Position numbers and translations under genes: made by a program
Shown: positions 8,400-17,107 of the stretch, piece after piece
Position numbering within the stretch: the stretch's first letter is position 1
Layout: every line of letters starts with the position of its first letter
Assembly: GCA_037128375.1 (NCBI GenBank)
Contig: JBAXWO010000001.1
Location: forward strand, 1-28,500
DNA length: 28,500 bases
Source: a bacterium
Lineage (GTDB): Bacteria; Verrucomicrobiota; Kiritimatiellia; CAIKKV01; CAITUY01
Reading direction: 5' to 3'
The notes under the pieces: generated by a model
Databases searched by the model: none
Told to the model about the DNA's origin: nothing
Seen by the model: only the letters and a program-made list of their open reading frames with translations

Positions 8400-8819
8400 A
8401 TGCGCACCCAAACACCGACCCCTGCCGAACGGACCCTCCTCGCCGCCGCCGCCCTCGCCGCCAGGAACAGCCATTCGCCCTACTCCCGCTTCCCTGTTGG
8501 CGCGGCCCTGCTGACCGAAGACGGCACGGTCTTCTCCGGTTGCAACGTCGAGAACGCCTCTTATGGCCTGACGATCTGCGCCGAACGCGTGGCCATCGGC
8601 GCGGCGGTGGCGGCGGGACATCGCCATTTTTCGCGCCTCGCCATTGCCGCCGGAACGCATCAAGCCGCGCGCCCCTGCGGCGCCTGTCTGCAGGTGCTGT
8701 CCGAGTTTTGCGGGCCACGGTTCAAGATTCTTCTGGCCCCCCTGGACGATCTTACTAAGGTTGAACGCGTCACCTTGCACGCGTTGCTCCCGCAGGTGTT
8801 TTCTCTGGCCTCCCCATGA
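8400..8819 (+). CDS. cdd: Cytidine deaminase (homotetrameric type)
   Basis: SPYSRFPVGAAL, GCNVENASYGLTICAERVA, PCGACLQVL zinc ligands. Confidence 0.96.
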   Translation: MRTQTPTPAERTLLAAAALAARNSHSPYSRFPVGAALLTEDGTVFSGCNVENASYGLTICAERVAIGAAVAAGHRHFSRLAIAAGTHQAARPCGACLQVLSEFCGPRFKILLAPLDDLTKVERVTLHALLPQVFSLASP

Positions 8820-10177
8820 ACGTCCATCCCTTATCTTCCGGCCCGGCAACCCCTCAACAGCAGGGCGCCCTTGAAATCGTCCGCCGTCTTCAAACGGCGG
8901 GATTCATCGCCTACTTCGCCGGCGGCTGCGTACGGGATCTGGTTATGCGTCGTACCCCCAAGGACTACGACATCGCCACGAACGCCGTCCCGGATAAAGT
9001 CATCGAACTCTTTCCCGAGTCCGTGGCCGTGGGGAAGTCCTTCGGCGTGATCCGGGCGCGGGCGGCGGATGATTGGTACGAAATAGCCACCTTCCGGAAA
9101 GACGCGGCCTACACGGATGGCCGTCATCCTGAAAGCGTCACCTTCTCCGACCCCGAGACCGACGCCCAGCGCCGGGATTTCACCCTGAACGCGCTTTTCT
9201 ATGACCCAGTCCGCCAGGAACTGCTCGATTACGTGCAGGGGTTGGACGCCATTGAAAAGCGCCTCATCAAAGCCGTCGGGAATGCGGAGGCCCGTTTTCA
9301 GGAAGACCGACTACGGCTTCTACGCGCGGTCCGATTCGCCGCGACACTGGATTTCGCACTGGAACCCGCCACGGCGGCGGCGATCCGGACGGCCGCCCCG
9401 GGCGTGGCGACCCTCAGTGCCGAGCGCATCCGTGAGGAGTTGACTCGCCTGCTGACCGAAGCCCAGCGCGCCGGCGACGCGTTGGTCCTTCTGCGAAACT
9501 TGAACCTGCTCGAAGCCATCCTGCCTGAGGTGGACGCCATGCACGGCGTCGAACAACCCCCCGAGTTCCATCCGGAAGGGGATGTCTTCCAACACACCGT
9601 TTTGATGCTCAACGCCTTACACACCACCGACCCGCAACTGGCTTGGGCGGTCCTGCTGCATGACGTGGGCAAGCCACCGACTGCGCAACTCAAGGAGGGG
9701 CACTGGCGCTTCGAGCGCCACGCCAACATCGGCGCCCTGTCTGCCGGCCGCATTCTTGAGCGCCTGCGCTTTTCGTCCGAGGATAGGGCCGCGATCGAGT
9801 TCATGGTCGGGAACCACATGCGCTTTGCGGACGTTAAGGAGATGCGGCTCTCGACGCTTCGGAAACTGGTGGGTGCCCCTACCTTTGCCAAGGAACTGGT
9901 ACTGCACCAACTGGATTGCCAGGCGAGCCACCGTGACATGGAGAATTACGATTACCTGGTTGCCTTTCGTGATCAGGTACGTTCCGAACCCGTGCTGCCC
10001 GCTCCCTGGGTGAACGGTCGCGACATCATGCAACTCGGCATTCCCGAAGGCCGCGACGTGGGGGTATGGCGCCAAAAAGCCTACGAGGCTCAGTTGGAGG
10101 GCACCTTCCCGGACCGGGAACACCTCCTGGCCTGGCTGAAATCAGAACTGGCCCAAGGGTGGAACCCTGAGCCCTGA
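8816..10177 (+). CDS. cca: CCA tRNA nucleotidyltransferase (class II) with HD domain
   Basis: AGGCVRD..KDYDIAT, EIATFR, RRDFTLNAL, EDRLRLLRAVRF, HD domain (FQHT...LLHDVGKP). No poly(A) polymerase GRRF signature (here VGKSFGV). ATGA overlap with cdd. Confidence 0.85.
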   Translation: MNVHPLSSGPATPQQQGALEIVRRLQTAGFIAYFAGGCVRDLVMRRTPKDYDIATNAVPDKVIELFPESVAVGKSFGVIRARAADDWYEIATFRKDAAYTDGRHPESVTFSDPETDAQRRDFTLNALFYDPVRQELLDYVQGLDAIEKRLIKAVGNAEARFQEDRLRLLRAVRFAATLDFALEPATAAAIRTAAPGVATLSAERIREELTRLLTEAQRAGDALVLLRNLNLLEAILPEVDAMHGVEQPPEFHPEGDVFQHTVLMLNALHTTDPQLAWAVLLHDVGKPPTAQLKEGHWRFERHANIGALSAGRILERLRFSSEDRAAIEFMVGNHMRFADVKEMRLSTLRKLVGAPTFAKELVLHQLDCQASHRDMENYDYLVAFRDQVRSEPVLPAPWVNGRDIMQLGIPEGRDVGVWRQKAYEAQLEGTFPDREHLLAWLKSELAQGWNPEP

Positions 10178-10185
10178 ACTTTCGC

Positions 10186-10214
10186 TTGAGATTCAGCCCA
10201 TAAAAAACTATTCT
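10186..10214 (+). promoter_or_regulatory. Candidate sigma70 promoter for panD
   Basis: TTGAGA (10186-10191), 17 bp, TATTCT (10209-10214), in an AT-rich intergenic patch. Confidence 0.6.
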
Positions 10215-10246
10215 TACTGCCCAATTTGGAGATAGGCAGGCACATT

Positions 10247-10612
10247 ATGTTCTCAACCATGTTGAAATCCAAACTCCACGGTGCGCGCGTCACCAGTGCC
10301 GACTTGGATTATGAAGGCAGTCTGACCATTGACCGGGACGTGATGGATTACGTCAAGATCCTCCCCTATGAGAAGATTCTGGTGGCCAACCTCGAAAACG
10401 GCAACCGGTTTGAGACCTATGCCATCTCCGGTGAGCGCGGATCGGGAGTCATCTGCCTGAACGGCGCCACCGCTCACCTTGGGAAAATCGGCAACCGGCT
10501 CACCATCTTCACCTTCGGCCTGTTCCCCACCGACCAGGCGACCCAGCATCATCCCCGCGTGGTGCGACTGGACGAAAAGAACCGCATCGTGGGCGGTTTA
10601 CGACCCGTTTGA
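10247..10612 (+). CDS. panD: Aspartate 1-decarboxylase proenzyme
   Basis: From ATG 10247: MLKSKLH, Gly24-Ser25 self-cleavage site (YEGSLTID), NGNRFETYAI, ICLNGATAH. Confidence 0.95.
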   Translation: MFSTMLKSKLHGARVTSADLDYEGSLTIDRDVMDYVKILPYEKILVANLENGNRFETYAISGERGSGVICLNGATAHLGKIGNRLTIFTFGLFPTDQATQHHPRVVRLDEKNRIVGGLRPV

Positions 10613-10624
10613 GCCCGCGCAACC

Positions 10625-11902
10625 TCACGCCGCCGCTTCGGCCTTGCGCTCGAGTTCCAATCGCTGGGCAGTGACCATGCTCTTGGTGACATGGAAATCG
10701 CGAATATCGTTGCGCCGGGGAATTTCAAACATGATCTCGAGCATGAGGTGTTCGAGAATGGCCCGCAACCCGCGCGCGCCGGTCCGCTTCTTGATCGCCA
10801 GCCGCGCCAGTTCATGTGTGGCGGCGTCAGCAAACGTCAGGTTCACATTCTCCATCGCCATCAACTTCTGATACTGCCGGATCATGGCGTTCTTGGGTTC
10901 CACCAGCACTCGCACCAGATCCGCCTCCGTCAACGACTCGAGGATCGTCGTCACCGGCAGGCGCCCGATAAACTCCGGAATCATCCCGTACTTCATCAGG
11001 TCTTCCGGTTCAATCCGAATGTCCCTGACATCCGGCTTCGGCATTTCAGATGCCGCAAAGCCCAATCCCTGCTTGCTGGCTCGGCGCTTCAACACATCTT
11101 CCAGCCCCACAAAAGCACCCCCGCAAATGAAGAGGATGTTCTGGGTATTGATTTTGATGTATTCCTGCTGGGGATGCTTGCGTCCGCCCTGCGGCGGAAC
11201 ATTCGCCACCGTGCCCTCCAGAATCTTGAGCAACGCCTGCTGCACGCCTTCGCCCGACACGTCGCGGGTGAGGGAAACGTTATCGGTCTTGCGCGCAATC
11301 TTGTCGATTTCGTCGATGTAGATAATGCCCCGCTCAGCGCGGGCGATATTCTGATCGGCGGCCTGGATCAAACGCAGCAGCACGTTCTCAACATCCTCGC
11401 CAACATAGCCAGCCTCCGTCAGCGTGGTCGCATCGGAAATACTGAACGGGACATCCAGACAGCGCGCCAGGGTGCGGGCCAGAAGAGTCTTGCCCGTGCC
11501 GGTGGGTCCGACCAGCAGAATATTGCTCTTCTCGATCTCGACGTCCTTGAAGGCCGCAACGATCCCCGCTTGATCGCCCTGCTGCAGACGCTTGTAGTGA
11601 TTATGGACGGCAACGGACAGCACCTTCTTGGAGTGCTCCTGCCCCACAACATACTGGTTGAGAAACTCGAAAATCTCATGCGGTTTGGGGACCTTGAGCG
11701 GTGCGGCGCCCCGGGCCGCCTCCCGATGGGGCGACGCGGGCGCCCCCTCCTGGCCGCTCTTGCTGAACAGGTCCCGGCACAGATGGGTACAGTCCTTGCA
11801 GATGTAGGTTCCCGGAGGTCCCGCCAGCAACTGTCCGGCCACGGTGGCCGGACGCAGACAGAACGAACAGGAGGGTTCAGCACGATTCTTGGATTTGGCC
11901 AT
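10625..11902 (-). CDS. clpX: ATP-dependent Clp protease ATP-binding subunit ClpX
   Basis: C4 zinc finger CSFC...[53 protein letters not shown] loop, GARGLR. Confidence 0.98.
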   Translation of the reverse strand: MAKSKNRAEPSCSFCLRPATVAGQLLAGPPGTYICKDCTHLCRDLFSKSGQEGAPASPHREAARGAAPLKVPKPHEIFEFLNQYVVGQEHSKKVLSVAVHNHYKRLQQGDQAGIVAAFKDVEIEKSNILLVGPTGTGKTLLARTLARCLDVPFSISDATTLTEAGYVGEDVENVLLRLIQAADQNIARAERGIIYIDEIDKIARKTDNVSLTRDVSGEGVQQALLKILEGTVANVPPQGGRKHPQQEYIKINTQNILFICGGAFVGLEDVLKRRASKQGLGFAASEMPKPDVRDIRIEPEDLMKYGMIPEFIGRLPVTTILESLTEADLVRVLVEPKNAMIRQYQKLMAMENVNLTFADAATHELARLAIKKRTGARGLRAILEHLMLEIMFEIPRRNDIRDFHVTKSMVTAQRLELERKAEAAA

Positions 11903-11913
11903 GACGAAGCTCC

Positions 11914-12531
11914 TCAGTCCTTTTTCGCCGCAGGCTTCCGATGGGCTAACACCGCGTCCACCAGGCCGTACTCCCGGGCCTCATCGGCCGACATAAAAAA
12001 GTCGCGGTCAGAATCCCTCGTCACCACCTCCAGAGGTTTGCGTGTGTGGAACGCCAAAATCTTGTTCAGAGTGTCACGCGTTCGCAAAATTTCCTGGGCC
12101 TGAATACTGATGTCTGACGCCTGCCCCTGCACCCCGCCCCAGGGCTGGTGAATCATCACCCGCGCATTAGGCAGAGAGAAGCGCTTGCCGGCCGCGCCAG
12201 CGGCCAGTAAAACGGCACCCATGCTGGCGGCTTGCCCCACGCAATAGGTCGCCACATCGCACTTCAGGAACTGCATCGTGTCGTAGATGGCCATGCCGGC
12301 CGTCACCGACCCCCCGGGTGAATTGATATACAGGCTGATGTCCTTCTCGGCATCATCGCTCTGCAGAAACAGCAACTGGGCAATCACCAGGCTGGAGATC
12401 ACATCATCAATACCTGACCCGATGAAGATGATGCGTTCCCTGAGCAGGCGGGAGTAGATATCATAGGCCCGCTCGCCCCGCCCCGTTTGTTCCACCACCA
12501 TCGGCACCAGCATCTGACTTCTCGTATTCAT
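11914..12531 (-). CDS. clpP: ATP-dependent Clp protease proteolytic subunit
   Basis: Start at [15 protein letters not shown] (ATG 12531, GGGAG upstream). [23 protein letters not shown] (Ser), MIHQP (His), DRDFFMSA (Asp). Confidence 0.97.
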   Translation of the reverse strand: MNTRSQMLVPMVVEQTGRGERAYDIYSRLLRERIIFIGSGIDDVISSLVIAQLLFLQSDDAEKDISLYINSPGGSVTAGMAIYDTMQFLKCDVATYCVGQAASMGAVLLAAGAAGKRFSLPNARVMIHQPWGGVQGQASDISIQAQEILRTRDTLNKILAFHTRKPLEVVTRDSDRDFFMSADEAREYGLVDAVLAHRKPAAKKD

Positions 12532-12609
12532 GAATACTTTCTCCCACTCCGGCGACGCATGCGCCATTTCAGGACATCCTTCTTTCCCCATCGTCCATTG
12601 ATCCGGCCA

Positions 12610-13920
12610 TCATTCCGGAGTCACGGTCGCCAACGCCAGCACGACCTCCACAGCCTTCTCCATTCGCAGACTGTGTTTCAGACCCGGTAACGCTTCGCGT
12701 TTCTCCAGTTCCGCCCGCATGCGCGGAAGCGGCATGCCGTACCGGGCCCCCATTTCCGCTATCTTCATGTCGAGATCGGCCGCCGACGCTTCAACCTTCT
12801 CCTCGTCGGCGATCCGACTGAGGAGATAATCCAGTTTAACGCGATCGGAAGAGGATTGAGCCGCCCGGTTGAAGATATCCTCGCGATTGGCCTCGATCTG
12901 GTCCTTGGCCACACCGCGTTGCACGTTCTCCTGCACCACATTCTGAATGATGCGACGGGCCTCCTCCTCGACCACCGTCTGCGGCAGATCCGTGAGATCC
13001 GTGTGGTCCACCAACCACTTGACGATTTCGTCCTTCTGGCGGTTCTTTTCCGTCACGGCCGCCGCCTCCTCCAGGTTCTCAAGAATCCTTTTCCGCAGGT
13101 CCTCAACCGACTCGAGACCAATGGTCTTAACGAACGCATCGTTCAGTTCCGGAAGTGCCCGCTCGCGGATGCCCCGTGCGGTAACCACGTATTTCGCTTC
13201 CTTGCCCGCCACCGCCTTGACCCGATAATCTGGAGGAAAGGCGACGGTCGCCTCACGCGTCTGCCCGACTTCCATCCCCTCCAGCTGGGGCGGCAAACCC
13301 GGCAGAAAAAGCGGCGCCCCTTCCGTCAAAAGCACCCAGAAGTCCTTCCCCTGCGCCAGTTCGGGGTTTTCGGGAGCCACCTCCGTCAGCGGCCGTCCGT
13401 CGCAAGTCCCCTCATAATCGACTTCCACCACATCATTCTTCCCGGCGGCACGGCCCGTCACGGGCTCGAAATGCGCGTTGCGATCCCGGAGGTTGGCGAT
13501 AACCTGGTCGACTTCCGGCTCCTTGACTTCAACCTTGCGACTCTTGACGCCAATCCCCTTGTAGTCCGGAAGCGTGAATTCGGGGTGCACGTCGATAGTC
13601 ACCTTAAGTTCCACCGGCAGGGCTTTATCCACCTGCACATCGCTCACGTCGACAATCGCCACCGGCCGCAGTTTTTCCTGGAGGACCGCCTCGCGGTAGG
13701 CGCGCGGAACCAGCTGTTCGCGGGTTTCCTCGAGCACCTGCTTGGCAAACTGCTTCTCCACGATCGCGGGCGGCGCCTTGCCGGGCCTGAACCCGGGAAT
13801 ACGCGCCCGTCGTGAATATTCACCCACGATCTTCTGATACTCCGAAGCCACCACCTCGGCGGGAACCTCGATCTTCAAGACCTTCCGGCACGGGCCAACC
13901 TGTTCAACCGATATTTTCAT
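12610..13920 (-). CDS. tig: Trigger factor
   Basis: GFRPGKAP ribosome-binding signature, FKBP-like middle domain (VEVDYEG...F.V..K.VAGK), helical C-domain; canonical tig-clpP-clpX order. Confidence 0.95.
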   Translation of the reverse strand: MKISVEQVGPCRKVLKIEVPAEVVASEYQKIVGEYSRRARIPGFRPGKAPPAIVEKQFAKQVLEETREQLVPRAYREAVLQEKLRPVAIVDVSDVQVDKALPVELKVTIDVHPEFTLPDYKGIGVKSRKVEVKEPEVDQVIANLRDRNAHFEPVTGRAAGKNDVVEVDYEGTCDGRPLTEVAPENPELAQGKDFWVLLTEGAPLFLPGLPPQLEGMEVGQTREATVAFPPDYRVKAVAGKEAKYVVTARGIRERALPELNDAFVKTIGLESVEDLRKRILENLEEAAAVTEKNRQKDEIVKWLVDHTDLTDLPQTVVEEEARRIIQNVVQENVQRGVAKDQIEANREDIFNRAAQSSSDRVKLDYLLSRIADEEKVEASAADLDMKIAEMGARYGMPLPRMRAELEKREALPGLKHSLRMEKAVEVVLALATVTPE

Positions 13921-13936
13921 GAACCCTGTATTCTCC

Positions 13937-15508
13937 CTATTCTTTCATCGCCATCAGAAACTCGACATTGCTCTTGGTCTTCTTCAGCCGGTTCACGATC
14001 AGTTCCATCGCCTCGACCGGCGGCACGCCGTTGATAGCGCGGCGCAAAATCCATATCTTACTGAGCTCATCGGGATGGAGCAAGAGTTCCTCTTTGCGGG
14101 TACCCGATTTTTCGATGTTGATGGCCGGGAAGATGCGCTTGTCAACCAGCGTGCGATCCAGACACAATTCCATGTTCCCCGTGCCCTTGAACTCCTCGAA
14201 GATGACTTCATCCATGCGGCTTCCGGTATCGACCAGCGCCGTCGCGATGATGGTCAGGCTTCCCCCGTTCTCGATATTCCGCGCGGCCCCGAAGAACCGC
14301 TTGGGCTTATGCAGCGCATTGGCATCCACACCGCCCGAGAGGATCTTGCCGCTGTGAGGCTGAAGGGTGTTGTACGCCCGCGCCAGACGCGTGATGCTAT
14401 CCAGGAGAATGACCACGTCCTTTCCGCATTCGACCATGCGCTTGGACATTTCAATCACCATCTCCGCCACCTGGACATGCCGCTCGGGCGGCTCATCGAA
14501 GGTGGAACTCAGCACATGGGACTTGGTATTCCGCTCCATGTCCGTAACTTCCTCGGGGCGCTCATCGATTAGCAGAACAATCAGATAGGCCTCTGGATGG
14601 TTCGCTGAAATGCTATTGGCGATCTTCTGAAGCAGAACCGTTTTGCCGGTCCGGGGCGGGGCCACGATCAACCCGCGTTGCCCCTGCCCGATGGGCGTGA
14701 ACAGGTCCATGACCCGCATCGAAACCTCGGAGGGTTCCCGCTCCAGCAGGAAGCGGCGATCCGGGAAGAGCGGCGTGAGATTCTCAAACGGCACCTTACT
14801 CTTCGATTTATCGGGATCCCCTTCGTTGATCCGATCTACCTTGATCAGGGCAAAGAAACGTTCCTTTTCTTTTGGCGAACGAATCTCACCCTCCACCAGA
14901 TCACCCGTCCTCACCGCGAACCGGCGAATCTGCGACGGCGAAACATAGATGTCCTCCGGGCAGGGCAGGTAGTTGTAGTAGGGGGATCGCAGGAACCCGA
15001 ACCCATCGGGAAGTATTTCCAGAACGCCCTGCCCGTGCAGAGTCCCGTTAAGACGTCCATTAGCCCGCATGATCTCGAAAATCAGTTCATGCTTGCGCAA
15101 GGCGCCGAGATCCACGAGCCCGAAGCTGTCGGCCATCACATTGAGTTCCGGAACCGATTTCTGTTGAAGGTCCTGTAGTTTCAAGACCTGCGGCGTGCCC
15201 TGTGGACGCTGGGGAGGCGGAGGCGCCAGGGGGCTGCCATTCGGCAGCATGGGCGGGGCTTCCCCGCGGGGCATCGTCTCGGAAGCCGATCGCGGATATA
15301 TCGCCTGGGGGTCCCCCCCGGGCGCCATCATGCCGCCTCCATCGGAAGGAGGCCGGGGGCCCCGATCGCGCGGAGGACGATTGCCTCTCCCTCGCCGGTT
15401 GCGCGGATCGCGCCGGGCCTGATCATGTCGGACCGGGTCCTGCCTCAACGGGTCCTGCCACACCTGATCCTGGCGACCTGCCTGATTGTCTTTCCTATCG
15501 TCCATCAT
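13937..15508 (-). CDS. rho: Transcription termination factor Rho with about 107-aa low-complexity N-terminal extension
   Basis: [70 protein letters not shown]. Confidence 0.98.
   Translation of the reverse strand: MMDDRKDNQAGRQDQVWQDPLRQDPVRHDQARRDPRNRRGRGNRPPRDRGPRPPSDGGGMMAPGGDPQAIYPRSASETMPRGEAPPMLPNGSPLAPPPPQRPQGTPQVLKLQDLQQKSVPELNVMADSFGLVDLGALRKHELIFEIMRANGRLNGTLHGQGVLEILPDGFGFLRSPYYNYLPCPEDIYVSPSQIRRFAVRTGDLVEGEIRSPKEKERFFALIKVDRINEGDPDKSKSKVPFENLTPLFPDRRFLLEREPSEVSMRVMDLFTPIGQGQRGLIVAPPRTGKTVLLQKIANSISANHPEAYLIVLLIDERPEEVTDMERNTKSHVLSSTFDEPPERHVQVAEMVIEMSKRMVECGKDVVILLDSITRLARAYNTLQPHSGKILSGGVDANALHKPKRFFGAARNIENGGSLTIIATALVDTGSRMDEVIFEEFKGTGNMELCLDRTLVDKRIFPAINIEKSGTRKEELLLHPDELSKIWILRRAINGVPPVEAMELIVNRLKKTKSNVEFLMAMKE
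15398..15472 (-). repeat. Degenerate 15-nt / 5-aa tandem repeat in the Rho N-terminus
   Basis: [25 protein letters not shown], encoded by caggatcaggtgtgg, caggacccgttgagg, caggacccggtccga, catgatcaggcccgg, cgcgatccgcgcaac. Confidence 0.75.
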
Positions 15509-16101
15509 GATGACTCTCCGCGTATTGTCCGCACTACTCTCTCAGTTTGTTCCCTTAACAAGGCCTGACTGCCGCAATTATGAATCACATAATCAGACCC
15601 TTCCATCTTGCGGGCCTGATCCAGTTGGGCCCGGATCCTGGCTCCGGCCTCACTCTCCGTCAGTCCCCGCTCAGCCAAACGTCTCATTTGATCCATGGAC
15701 GGCGACGTCACACAGACCACAACATCCCAATGCGCCTCGTCCCGAATCTCGAACAGCAGGGGAATAATAACTGCCGCATAACCTGTCCCGGCGGGTTGCC
15801 CGCCGATCCAGTCCTCGATCCGCCTCATGATCGCCGGATGCGTCAGGGCATTCAACCTCTGCAGCCGCTCCGGGTCGGAAAACACCTGCGTCCCAAGTCG
15901 AACCCGATCGATCTCCCCATCCGCCCCGAGCACCGACGGGCCGAATTCCGCCAACACCGCCGCATAGGCCTCCCCAGCCCGACCCAGCACGACGTGCCCG
16001 AGTCCATCCGCCTCGCAAACAGGAATACCCATTTCCATCATCAGACGCCCGACAAGGCTCTTCCCGCAGGCGATGCCGCCAGTTATGGCAAGGGTCAACA
16101 T
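15505..16101 (-). CDS. coaE: Dephospho-CoA kinase
   Basis: [13 protein letters not shown]-loop, EADGLGH, IDRVRLG..VF, LNALTHP, IPLLFE, DYVIHN; stop overlaps the rho ATG (ATGA). Confidence 0.95.
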   Translation of the reverse strand: MLTLAITGGIACGKSLVGRLMMEMGIPVCEADGLGHVVLGRAGEAYAAVLAEFGPSVLGADGEIDRVRLGTQVFSDPERLQRLNALTHPAIMRRIEDWIGGQPAGTGYAAVIIPLLFEIRDEAHWDVVVCVTSPSMDQMRRLAERGLTESEAGARIRAQLDQARKMEGSDYVIHNCGSQALLREQTERVVRTIRGESS

Positions 16102-16236
16102 GACATCAGAGAAGGGATATGAGTGAACCGGGGGTTCGGGACAGGATGGCGCACCACACCTGCGGGGTCACGCTCTTATTGAACAATCGGAGGCCCTTGT
16201 ACTACGAAACGATATTCGCCGTCAATGGTTTTATTT

Positions 16237-17106
16237 TCAAAACAGTTCCGGCTGGTCGACTTTCCTGACCAGCGAGTGGAATTCCATCCGCTCATAATAA
16301 GGTCGCATCCGCCCGGGATCCTCGGGCTTGAACGCCAGGGCGTCCCAGCCCGGCACGCAGTCCAAATCATCGCGCAACGTCACCAGCGCCAGATTCTTTT
16401 CCACGACACCCCGGCTAGCCAACAGTTTCTCCCGAAGGCGAGCCGACTCAACCTCCTCAATTCGACCCCACATCGTCGCGAGCGATCCGAACTGGGCCAA
16501 CAGTTTGACGGCTGTCTTGGGCCCTACCCCCTCTACACCGGGAATGTTATCCACATGATCACCGGTCAGCGCCAGCCACTCCACCACCTGACCGGGCAGG
16601 AGCCCAATCATCTCCAGAACGCCGGCAGGACCGATGCAGGGCGCCTCCTTGCCCGTGGTGATGACCCCAATGCGGTCGGTGACGAGTTGGTACATATCCT
16701 TATCGGAACTGGCGATCAAAACCCTGTCCCCCTCCCGCTCGGCCCAATGCGCCAGGGTGGCCAGAACATCATCCGCTTCCTGCCGGTCCAATCGTATCAA
16801 CGGCACACCAGCGCAGTCCAAATATTCACAGAGGGGCCCGTACTGAACCTTGAGCGCGTCCGGCATGGGCGCACGTTGCATCTTGTATTCAGGCAGCAGT
16901 GCCAGGCGCTTTTCGGGGGAACCGCCGTCCCAGGCAACAGCAACATGGGTCGGCTTCCAGAACTCCTCCATCTGATGCAGCGCCCTGATGAACCCGAACA
17001 CGGCATTTGTCGGCTGCCCACCGTGCGCGGACAGGCCCTTGATCGCGAAGAAGGAACGGTAGAACAGTCCGGTTCCGTCTACCAGCAGCAGCACACGAGG
17101 CGCCAT
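16237..17106 (-). CDS. Stand-alone 5'-3' exonuclease / flap endonuclease (PolA N-terminal-domain homologue)
   Basis: LLLVDG, VAWDG, EYK..R..MP, EADDVLATLA, SSDKD.YQLV, LTGD..DNIPGVEGVGPKTA (H3TH). Ends MEFHSLVRKVDQPELF then stop, with no polymerase domain. Confidence 0.92.
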   Translation of the reverse strand: MAPRVLLLVDGTGLFYRSFFAIKGLSAHGGQPTNAVFGFIRALHQMEEFWKPTHVAVAWDGGSPEKRLALLPEYKMQRAPMPDALKVQYGPLCEYLDCAGVPLIRLDRQEADDVLATLAHWAEREGDRVLIASSDKDMYQLVTDRIGVITTGKEAPCIGPAGVLEMIGLLPGQVVEWLALTGDHVDNIPGVEGVGPKTAVKLLAQFGSLATMWGRIEEVESARLREKLLASRGVVEKNLALVTLRDDLDCVPGWDALAFKPEDPGRMRPYYERMEFHSLVRKVDQPELF

Positions 17107-17107
17107 A

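Noticed and set aside
8816-10177. Poly(A) polymerase assignment for the nucleotidyltransferase
   Set aside because: Lacks the [LIV][LIV]G[RK][RK]F PAP signature and carries an HD domain, which fits a CCA-type enzyme. CC- versus A-adding specialisation cannot be excluded without an assay.
10613-10624. Bidirectional terminators at the convergent junctions (panD/clpX 12 bp, peptidase/exbD 3 bp, 5147-5181)
   Set aside because: The gaps are too short or have only weak 5-bp stems without U tracts; no terminator can be supported.
10691-12103. 470-aa plus-strand ORF opposite clpX/clpP
   Set aside because: Antisense shadow of highly conserved genes, expected with high GC3; no recognisable motifs, start signal or SD.
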